A stretch of DNA of 64,000 nt from Enoplolaimus lenunculus (Eukaryota): positions 1-64,000 of the forward strand of contig JASANG010001128.1 of assembly GCA_030248215.1 (NCBI GenBank). The letters are read 5' to 3'. Position 1 is the stretch's first letter, and each line of letters begins with the position of its first letter. The position numbers and the translations under genes are program-made. Below, piece by piece: positions 39,201 through 51,200 of this stretch. The notes below the pieces were generated by a model. It was not told where the DNA came from and made no database searches. It saw nothing but the letters and a program-made list of their open reading frames with translations.

Positions 39201-42200
39201 GCCTTTTCCACAGTACGCATTTACAAAGGTCAACTCGTTACACGTGAAATGTACATGGTTATTTAGTCTTGAATTCATTTCCAGACTACTGTAATCTACG
39301 AATTTACTAGAGGAGAAATGGTTTATGCAAATAAAAACAGTTTATAAACACGAGTGTGTTTTACTATACTTTCGTTGACCTGCGGCTCCGTACGACGCCG
39401 TTTATCACCGTTCACATACGATAACGTATGGTGACGGGCGGTGACGGACGGCGCCGGACGTCAAGTATAGCGTAGCCGTTATACTGAAAAAAATATGTTG
39501 TCTAAATATCTCTTATATATTTCCGTGTACATATACAGTCACTAGGGGAGGCGCTATACTTTTGATAACGTCCGGTTCCGTCCGTTACCGTACGTCACCG
39601 TGCGGTATCGCACATGACCTACTCAACGCCAGTCTAAGAAAAATAGAAAATATATATTTTATTCGCATTTTTCAGGGTTTATTTCGAGTTTCGGGCAACA
39701 AAAGCCTGGTGAACCGATGGAAAGCCGAAATTGATGCTGGAAAATATACGAGTTTTCAAAACAGCGACGATACAAACGCGATTGCAGGTATAGTGATTGG
39801 TTCTGAATTGTGAAGCTATTATTTCATCTGAGATGGAATTTCAAGGCAGAATTCGCGTTCCGCGACTCTCCGACGAAAGTTAGACAGTAACTGATAATTT
39901 TTTATTAGTTTAAATTCGTTTGAACTTTAGTAAAATTATACGTTTGAATTATGGGAAATTAATTTGCAAAATTTGGTAGCGTTCATTGTGGACTTATCAA
40001 ATTCAGCGTAGCTGAAAACTTATGATCAATAATAAAGTATGACACAAATTAAAAAATTTTGGCAATACACGCTCAGTTAATTTTAGAAAAACAAGTTAGA
40101 ATGATATGCCAATTTTTCTTAATTTTTCGTATGAGAAAAAGTTTTCAATATCGAAAATAGGTACCGCAAAATTCCGGTAAGAAAAATACCTCATTTCCCT
40201 ACCGGAACTGAAATTCCGGTTTCACCCTGATATATATATTTATATATATAGCGTTTTTTGTCTTTGTACTAAAATTGTCCCTAATTTTCCGCTTATTTTT
40301 ATATTCTATTCCAAAATGGTTGTTTTGGAGTCGATTATGTTTATACGGCCTTTATAGAAACTGGAGGGGGCGGATTTTGCTTTGACGGGCTCTGACATTA
40401 ACTTTAGAAACAACCCTTTTCATTCTAAACACGAGACTGAGAGCTCCATCGTTGTTTGCAGAAGATCTGGGAAGGTAAACTCCCCCTCCCCCTCTTTAGA
40501 GGGGGAGGTGGAGGGAATTTGCACATCTCCCCTCCTTCTCCGCTTTAAGTATGAGGATGGGGAGATTTGGGGGTTGAAATTAAGCTCCCCTCCTGTATGG
40601 GTCACAGTATGCTCATATAGCTTAAACACAAGCATGGTAATCTTACCTTATGGTGTTTCTTTTTGTCCGAATCGCCTGCGGTTATAAAACCGCGTGGTTG
40701 GTGGTCGTTCTGTTTTTTGTTGTTGTAAACGAGGGCTACGCCTCGGCTTTTTCGTTGCAGGAGCGTTTTGTGCGGTTTGAGTTATTAAATTACTTATAAC
40801 AGTGCGTCTTGTCTCCGGGCTTTGTTGGGGTTGTTTTTTTGGTTCAATTTTTTAGGGCTATGACCCGGCAAACAAAATTTACTCCAATTTTTGTGGTTTG
40901 GTTTTCGTTTTCGTTTCAGATTTTCAGCTTTTTTATCCCAATTTTGAGAACGTTTTTTGAAAAGTTCTCTTCTGATTGATTTGTCACAGAAAGACGCACT
41001 ATTATTAAAATTATTATTATTATTATAATTGTTATTGTTGTAGTTGATGATGCTGCTGCTGTTGTTGGTGCTTTTAATACTATTACTCATGTTACAACAA
41101 TTTCTAAAGAATTGTTATTAAAACAATTACATGTTTTGGTCATTGGAATGTTTTAAAATGCCTCACCAACTGTTCAGTTTTTCCAAAAACTGTTTTTCTA
41201 TGTATTTTTCTAGCTTCGCATTTTTGATGGTACTAAAATGGCGTCATTTTTTGAGGGAAATAAAATAGTTTGCATTTTTGATGGTACTAAAATGGCGTCA
41301 TTTTTTGAGGGAAATAAAATAGTTTGCATTTTTGCGGGTAATTAAATCAGCTTTACATTCATTAGGGTAATTAAGTAGCGTCACATTCTTTAGGGTAATA
41401 AAATTGACATCATTTTAGAAAACTGGCCTTACATTTTTGAGGGTAGTAAAACTAGCGACAGATTTTTGAGGATAATTAAATGGCGTCATTTTTTGAGGGA
41501 AATAAAATAGTTTGCTTTGTTGAGAGTAATTAAATCGGCTTTACATTTTTAGGGTAACTAAGTAGCGTCACATTCTTTAGGGTAATAAAATTGACATCAT
41601 TTTAGAAAACTGGCCTTGCATTTTTGAGGGTAGTAAATCTAGCGACAGATTTTTGAGGATAATTAAATGGCGTCATTTTTTGAGGGAATTAAAATAGTTT
41701 GCTTTGTTGAGAGTAATTAAATCGGCTTTACATTTTTAGGGTAATTAAGTAGCGTCACATTCTTTAGGGTAATAAAATTGACATCATTTTAGAAAACTGG
41801 CCTAGCATTTTTGAGGGTAGTAAATCTAGCGACAGATTTTTGAGGTTTATTAAATGGCGTCACAATTTTTGAGGGTAATAAATAAACTGTCAAGATTAAA
41901 AAGGTCTACAGAAAAATTTATAGGTTTTAGTCAAAAGTGTAATAAAAATCACTTAGTCAGCTAGTGAAAAATAGCCTTTAGTTCTAACATCAAAAAGCTC
42001 CACCGACAAAATCCGAGTATAAAAGCCGCGACTCAAGCTCAAAAATTCAGTCTTAAAAATGAACAAACTAACTATTAACTCGCATCTTGTCCAAACGCAC
42101 ACTGGAGACAGTGTTGCTTTTGGAAAAAACAGACTGCTCTATAACTTTAGGGAAGTTTGCGCGGAAGCGTACAACTTCCCTGATGATGTAAGGCAGGGAG

Positions 42201-45200
42201 CAAAAGGCAGACTTGTCTTTTGCAAAGAATTCAATAATGTAATAGGTTATGATCCGGATGGTTACCCAGGCAGGGTTTTGGCGTTGGTGGTGAAAAAGAA
42301 CCACGCCGTAACAGCAATGGTTTACGCTGGGTGGGAATATATGTAATTCAACCCGTGCGGTACGTGTTATTAAATCTTTGAAATTAGACTACATATGAGA
42401 CTTATGCCCAGACCCGTAGCCAGCTCACCATGCTAGGGGGAGCCTAAAAATTTTCCACAAAGGGCATACAGTTATTTTCGTCGGCTTACAAGCATGAAAA
42501 TTTTCTAGAGGGGGTCGAAATTTTTTACAGTGGGGGCAATAACATTAACGAGTTATATGTAACGAAAATTACTCTTTCCCGTCATACCAACTGGCCCGTA
42601 TCCAGCTCAACATGCTAGGGGGGCTTAAAATTTTCCAGGAGAGTCATACAATAATGTAAATGCCACAAAATTAAGAGACACCGCAATAGCATTAGCAGTC
42701 AGAACAATGTTTCCATCGTTTTAAATTTTTACTTCACTAAAATTTTGTTTGCTTCTGACCCTGCCATGAAGGGTTATACTGCGCCCCACTTGCGAATTTT
42801 GGCTGCAGGTCTGGCTGGTAGCAGAAAAAAATTGCTGTTTTTACGAAACAATTTCGCTCATGTGCATGCGTAGAGCGATCTTTACAGTTTATCTTTAACG
42901 TAAATCTATTCGCGCTGTCAAGAACTTCAATTTATATCATAGTTTTCGTTTCCGGCCGGCGAAACTAAAACTATACTGCGTTTTAAACGACTTGTACGTA
43001 AACTAAAAACATATGGTTGACTAATAGTGTATTTCTCAAGATTAGTAGATGGTATTGGAATCATGGCGGTTGAGTCATGTCATCTAAAAAGTTATGACAC
43101 AATATATTCAGCTTTTGGGCCAATGATACTTTAAGTGGCGTAACAGTAGAAGTAGCGTGTTCCTAAGTCTAAGCCTAAGCCCAAGCGTTGCAAAAATGTG
43201 TTCCTAAGCCTAAGCCTAAGCCTAAACAAAAAATTGTAATCTAGAACTTAAACCCAGTCTTTTATGGACCCACCAGAAACCTGGAGGTCCCTTAAAGTAA
43301 TATGGGCCCAGCTTAACACGAGTCTAATTAAGCTTATTTTTGGTTGAAGCAACCAACCTATCGCACAAATTTGTGTATCTAAAAGTTCATGAAGCTTAGC
43401 GTAAACTAAAAATATGTAAGATTTTAAATTAGTTGAAGTGTAAACCTACCTGTTAGTTCTGTAAATCTAGAAAGTTAGCTTAACACTGCTGAATTAGCTT
43501 AAGCTTACTTCAAGTCAGTTAAGTTTTTATAGAGTACACTCTCATCGCGCTAAATGTAAGAGAAGCTATTAGGCCTTGATTTTAAGACATTTACGTACAG
43601 CAAAATTTGAACAAATGTAACAACATTCTGTGATTATCAGAAACAAACTTGTCTCGATTAGGTATTTTCCGACGTAAACGCGCGGCTTAGCACGTGATGT
43701 CTAAAATAAAATTGGACGAATCTAAAAGTTACTGTTATTCGTGACGATCGTATGAAATGCGGCACACAAAAGCATAAAATAACTCTATAAATGTCCAAAA
43801 TTTTATCCACACCATTGCTTAAACTTTAGAACGGTAACATGCAAAACCTTAGCGTTTACACATTTGTGGTTTTTAAATTTTAACTTTGTCTGCCACTCCT
43901 TTTTCCTTTGAGCACAAATGAAAAAATTTCAAAACTTTTTTGGCTTTGTCAAGGGCATGATGTGAAAAATGTATGTATTCCTTCTGACAGACTCTGGACC
44001 AAACAGTTGTCCTTTAAATAACGTATTGACAATTTAGGTGGGTATGGACGGCAACGTGACCAAGCATAGGTCGTTTAGAGAGAGAGTGTGAGTTGTCAGC
44101 AGGGCCTACACAGGATATGAGTGACATTTGGACATGTAATTTGGAAACAATAAAACTACAGACTTAGGAGCTCGTACGTGGGGACAATTTTTTTACAGTA
44201 GCGTAAACAGTATAACGTGGATGAAACAATAGCAAAATGAAAATTTGAAGGTTTTTTCCGCTTTCACTTATAATTTTGATGCCACTGGTAGATTCAAAAA
44301 TTTCTAACGGTCAAAGCGAAAATGAGTCAGTAGCTATAAATATATACTAAACATTGTCTAAAGTAATAGTATTTTCCTTGCTTGGATTTTACACATTTTA
44401 ACTGGAGATCCCCAACAATTATAATTAAGTGAAAAAATAGGTACACCATCTCTTTGAAAATTTTATTTGCAATGGTCAACGGGGGATAATCCCCAGCCCA
44501 GCATATGGCCAGACTACCCCATCGCCGTAGGGGCCGCTCCTGGTAGCTGTGCAGACAGCCGCAGGTTTTTGCCCATAGGGCTTTTTTATTATAAAACAAA
44601 TACAATAAAACATACGAATGAAAATAACATATAATTATCAAATATTGGCGTTTTACTTCTTTGTGTGGGTATTGTTGCTGACGAACCCTTTCATCTACTC
44701 CACCACCGTATTTCAATATGAAGCGCACGGTTTATACATTTACAAATTGACTCATCTAGCTTCTATTATGTTAACATCCATAAATCTCCAATGTAGTACT
44801 CTTGCTAAATCAAATGTTGCCAGCTTTGACAAAAACAAAGCTCCATTATGGCAACCGTTACTAAACACATACCCCCTATAAATGCCAACTGCATTTATCA
44901 TAAGGGTTCTGTGTTTAAAGTTTATGGGTAATTTAAGGAACAAATAGTCAAAAATATCAAACAAATAAACCATCTGTGCGCTCCATTTAACATTTTTTGG
45001 TGGTATCAGGAGTATTGTAAAATGCAAATTGCTGTTATTTTTATTTATCCATCTAATTTTAAACCCAGCAGCAGCATTCCACATTTCCAACGAACCATTT
45101 CGCCAATCATCATAACATAATTTTTGTTTCTTTGCTTATTCAGTTTTACCCCCACAGTTTACATTTACCAATAACAATATCATTTCAATAATAACAGCAC

Positions 45201-48200
45201 TAAATAATGCGCATATACAAATAAATAAACGCTTATTATCCATTGTTGTTTTTGGGAGCGGTATTTATTCTTTTTAAGTACTTATAGTCCAAAACACTTC
45301 ACGGTTTGCGTTAATTCTAAGCTCACCAGTAAATTCACCCATTGCAAATATTACGATCGGTTTCCCTAATTCTTTTGAAAAGTCAACTGAAAGCTTAACT
45401 TGACCGCTATTGGTCCGCTCAAATAATCACAGTCACTGCTGTGGTCTTTACTTAAATCTACCGAAAATATTTGGTAACCTGCATCGGCCCAAAAGCCAGT
45501 TGCAATTAAACCTAAGTCCTCGTTCCTAAAGTTTAAGGCTTGCAAAGTATGGTAAAAGGCTCTTAAACAATTACCTTGTTTACACGGTAAAGCAACATTA
45601 CAAGGGTAACGATCATCATTCATAAATATAGTAAATCTATCCATATCCGGTAACGAAAATCTAAATAAATTTTTATCTTTCGTGCCGGTATATGCGTCCT
45701 GTGCAATACCCCAAATATGAATTCTTCTAGGCAACGAACCTTCAAAAATTGGCCAGTCTACATTCTGTAACCCTTTATTTACCGAAAGTGTATGCACCTT
45801 AAATCTTATACCAGGTATTCCAATTCCATTATTTGACAAAATTTTAGTTTGGTTTTCTAATGCCTGCTTTGTTAGTTTTGCTTTTGAAACATAAAGTTTA
45901 AAATCATTTATACGAATGGCTAATGGTTTTTTGACTTATGTACTAAAATTAAATTAGGTGAATTACATATAAACTGTAATTCAATTCTCGACTGTGGTGG
46001 TAAATATGAAGGGTTTAAATTTGCATCTAAAACTAAAGGCATGTAAATTTCAGCCTTTCTCGATCCTTGCATTACAGCTAAACGCTGACTACCTCCAATA
46101 TTACCTTGTACAGTTTCAAAAGCAAATTCTGTGTCTGGTGCATAAATACTCCCGGCTAAATATTGGGTTCTTTGTGCTGAATTCATGAACAGCATATGTA
46201 ACGCATATACCATCCACGGGTAATGCTTTTGGTTAAAAGTTATTGGTTCCCCATTAATTTTCATTTCAACCGATGAAAATAAAGCATAACCAAACATATT
46301 ACAAGGCATAAATTCTAAATTACCATCAACATTTGTACCATCAGCGTTCAGTATTTGCAAATCAATATAAGTATACATTCGTGATAAATCAATTAAATCA
46401 AAAGCACTTTCACTAATTTTAAATCTAAAAATGTCATCTATATCTATACTAGGTAGTTGTTTCACATGCAACTTCAATCAACTGTGTCGATGACACTAAA
46501 TCTTGAAATGGGTACTTTTGCAAGCCCCAATTTAATTTTTCTAAACTGCACGCCTTTTGCGCCATTTTTTACGTTTATTAGTAGTTTTCCTACCCTTTTT
46601 AAGCTTTTTCGTTTTTCTCCGTTTCAATAAACGCTTGGTCTCTTTTTTATAAACTACTGCTGAAGCATGTCCGCTTGCATTCAAACATAACGGGCGAGCC
46701 ATATTTTTGCTTTGAAAACTTTGATATATTATCCTTTTTAAGGGTTTTCAGTTGAACCATAATCTCAAAATTAATTCCGAACCTTTATAAAATTTCACGG
46801 GTTTAAATAATGAGTCTAAAATTTCAAATTTCAATGTTTTTACCAAAGGGTTGTTGAGTGTTAAGTTTGTTGCATTTTTTGCACTATCATTGGTTATAAC
46901 AAGTAAAAGTGGTTTGTATTTCCCATTTATTGACCTTTCCTTCACAAACGAGGCCATTATAAACCTTGCTTGGTTTTCTAACAAATTTATCGGCATTCGC
47001 GCAATATGCCGACCGTGTTTAAGTGTCGCATTCCTAGCTTCAGCATATTTTGCATTTCATTTGAAAGTTTAATTTCACTATCGTTTATGCAATAAACGTT
47101 TATTTTCTGGCTTACGGGGTCTAAGGTAAATTCAATATTTGTCGAAAATTGGTTTAAAAATGTAAGTAACTTATCAACTGTATAGTACCCCTCCTCTACT
47201 GTAAACTCTCATCCATGAATCGTTATTAAAATACCTAATGTGGTTTTGTGAAATATTTAAATGTTGTTCAGGTGTTACAACTTCAAGCACTGTAACACCG
47301 CTGGCGCAAAATGGCGTCGTCAAATCAACGATCGGGTTATCTAATTTACACGCTATAACCACCTCCATATTTTATTCATAATTACAAACATTGAACGCTT
47401 TTAAGCATATTATAAGCAGTATCAATACAACAATTATAATCATCGAAACTGTTGCAACCAGTTACAATAACATTTCCAGTTCTAAATATCAATAATACAC
47501 CAAAATGTAAATTAACTTTTACTGGTTCATGAAACGCTCTATATCTATATCGCCAAAGTTCATATACTTTCGGAAACTTTAGCTTTAACTCAGTGTCTAT
47601 CAACCCTACTACATTTCTCAATTGTAACTCATAAATTTCATTTAATTCATAACCTATGCTTTTAAATGTATCTTTTATTTCTGTAATTAATACTTCAGCT
47701 TTATCCATTGACTTAACCCCAACTAAATTCATTTTGCCGTTACTAAACACTAAAGCAGTACCACCTTTTTTAAATTTCCAAATACCACCTGTAAACATTC
47801 TGCTATCATACATAAATGCATCAATTACAATATACAATTCATATAAATCCAAAGTACACATTAAATCACAAGTTACAGTCAAATTAGTTACTGTTTGTTT
47901 CATCTCTAACTTCCATCCAAAGTTTACCTAACGTATTACTCCCGGTCCATTTACTTATATCTCTGCTTAGCTTATCTGTTATCGAAACTCCTATACCCCA
48001 GTAATTATCGTATTCACTTGCTTCTGCAATCACTGCACAACCTGTTTTTACTAATTCCTTTTTAACATGTTCGTGCTGTTGCACTTTCGCTAATAACCCC
48101 TTTTTCATAATATTATTTGCTAGCCCTTCATTTAACCATTTATTCATGTCATAATTCTTAATCATTTTACCTATTTGTTTATGTTGCCTGGGTCTATACG

Positions 48201-51200
48201 CTCTCATTATTGCCTTATATGCTTCATTATCTCCAAAATATCTTGCTTTCTCACTTTGGTACCATTGCTCGTTACAAACATAACATTTACCATCTATTAT
48301 AACCTTACAAATGTTAAAATTACTAAAGGTACTCCAACCCGATTTAAATAAAACCAAAGGCTCACCATTAACATCAAAACAATGAATTGTATGCTCCATA
48401 ATGAATTTACTAAACTTATATTTTCACCTATTTAAGCATTTAATAAAATATAAGTCACACAAGCTTTATTATTAAAATAGTTGTTTCCATGTTTGTTCTG
48501 GTTTGTGTTTGTTCCTACCTCTACCAAATGCAGCTGCGGGTACATTTATCAATAATTTCTCAAATTTTTCTGAATCTAACGGCCTTGGTGGGGAAAAATT
48601 TATATCTGACACAAAATATTTCAATAAATCAAATATGTTTGAACCTACGGTATTATCAGGGTATACCACTTTATTATTTTCATTCAGTTTTAAGTCTTTG
48701 ATGTTTGCAACCATTAACTCACCCTTTTTTCTTAAATTTTTAGGTAACATTTGAATTAAATTGGTTTGCGTTTCTTCAATTACAGTCACCTCAGCTGGTT
48801 GTGTGATTTCAGTGTTTGATAATTTGTTATTTTTTAATGCATCAAGCCAGCTCATCGGCACAACTGCCATTTTACGAGCCATAGTACGTGTCAAAGTATT
48901 TAACTAGTAATTTTACAATTTTTGGTTTCAAAAATTTACGTTTTCTAGCATTTGATACTCGTTTACTAGCAATGTTTTAAGGGTTTGTCTATTTACGCTG
49001 GTATACTCTAAAGCATTGTATGCAATTTCTGAAAATGCTCTCAAAAGCGATGGGGAAGCAAATTTTACAATTAATCGTATAATTTTTGGTGACGCCTCAT
49101 TCAAATATTTTAAAGTTGCTAAATTTTTTGCAATAGCCATTTTTAAAATTCAAGTTGTATGCCAGGCTTTTTAAGCATAAACATAAACAAACATTTGACC
49201 ATCTTCTGGTAAAATACATTCTCTAACTCTCAAGTTTTCATTTGTTGCTGCTTTTAAATCTAAAAATATGTACCCATATGGTTTTACTGTTGCCTGCTCA
49301 AACGCATTTGTTAAAAAGTTAGGTCTTGAAGGCCACATTTGTCTGCCTAGTGTACAAATCATTGACCGATCTCTAAAGTTGGGAAACAGCACCATGTACT
49401 GGGCATTCCTCGTTATAGTTCGCATGTATTTACCTTCATGATACAAATTTTGAGTTACAAAAATAGTACTCAATCTATTATGCCTTAATTTTGAAAATGC
49501 GGCTGCCAATTGTTTATCATTGGCAGCTTCTAACATTAAATCATCTAAAATACATATTGTCTGGTTTTCACTTGTGGGAAACTCATTCGGTATACCCTCA
49601 AACAGCTCTAAATTCGGTATCTCACTTAAAAATTTAGTGTAAATATCTTGAAATATACCATAACAAAACAAAATTTTATCTACTTTTTTATCAAAAAGGT
49701 TACTTTTCAGTAAACGAAACAACCAGTAAGTTTTGCCACAACCCGTCTGACCACTAACAACACATGTAAAAGGTAACTCAAGCGGCAAGCAGCCGTTCTC
49801 TATACAATCAGCTGTAGTTTGCATTTCAAACTGAAAAGTGTTTTGTGTGTTTTGTACCTTAACTCTGCACTTTTTTCTATGTCTATGTAAATGTTGGCGA
49901 CTGGTATAAGCACGAAAACAATTTGGGCATATATAAGCCATTTGTGTAATTAAAACTACTATTACTTTAACCCTTTTTAAGCATTTATACAATGCAACAT
50001 AGTAAAAGTAGCCCTGGTATACCTTTACATGGTAACGTACCCATGTTATACACCCATGTGTACCTTTCAAGTGTTAGTGTACCCCTAAACGTACCCATAT
50101 TGTATTAGCTTACTATATGCACTTCAATAGTTTATCTCACCAGTTGAATATTTGTAGTCTACACGGGTACCATATCTTTTTCATGTACCCACGAATTCAT
50201 TGTGCTGGGGTACCCTAACCATTTTACAAGGTATTCTGTTCCCTTATTAGTCTTGCGTTTTTTCAAAACTTTTTCAATTTTATATTGCTCATCTAAAACT
50301 TTAACCTTTTGTAACTCTTGTGCATAAAATCTACCTAAAATGGGTTCACTGTTTGCATCTGCAATTTCATATACCGCTGGTGTAAACGGTAACTGTTTTG
50401 TAACCGAAAACACTTCACGTGACCATAGTTGGTTAAACCCTCGTTCAAAAGGTACTCTCTCTTTTGATATTCTCACAACATCATCTAACATAAACTTATA
50501 TCTGACATCAATATCTCTTGCGGGAAAAAGTTTTTCTCGCACACTATCCTCATTTTGTTTGTTTACCTGCGCCGGTGTAAATCCATATCTGTTTTCAGTA
50601 TTGTTGTAAGCTTGTACAACTTTTTGCAAATCATCTATGTATCTACCTCTATTTTTGTATGTTAACAGTTTATAAAGCTTTCCTTTAAGTGTTCTAATAA
50701 AACGTTCAGCTATGCTTGCCTTAGTTTCTTTATTTTTTGCAGTGTAAACATTTATATTTCTACTTTTACAGTACTCATATACCAAATGATTCACAAATTC
50801 TTTTCCGCTATCTGTTTGAAAATTATTGGGTTTCGAGTTATCAAAAACTGTTTTTAATGCATCTAAAATAGTATTACCGGTTTTATTTTTTACCGGCACA
50901 ACCCAAACATATTTTGTGAAACAATCTATAACTACCAGTAAATATTTGAACCCATCATTTAAAGTCGATAAATGCGACATGTCTGCTAAATCTGCTTGAT
51001 ACAAATCACCAATACCTTTCACTACAGTTCTCCTACGCTTGAACCTCAACCTACGCGGTTTATGTAGTGTATAAGTCTCTTCTCCAATTAACCATTCTTT
51101 TACATCTCTTAACCTAACTTTAATTCCCTGCTGCCTAGCTTCTTTATAAAGTTTCTTAGCATTTGAAAAACCTGCGACATTTTTTGGGTTATAAAATATT

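Noticed and set aside
44077..44086. AGAGAGAGAG as a Polinton terminus
   Set aside because: No matching inverted copy or TSD found
44459..44569. Known ribozyme or SECIS in the 111-bp repeat
   Set aside because: Could not fit hammerhead, HDV, twister or SECIS cores by eye; needs an Infernal scan
49942..50070. N-terminal extension of the ATPase ORF
   Set aside because: TTG start; the promoter-like motif sits 40 nt before ATG 49941
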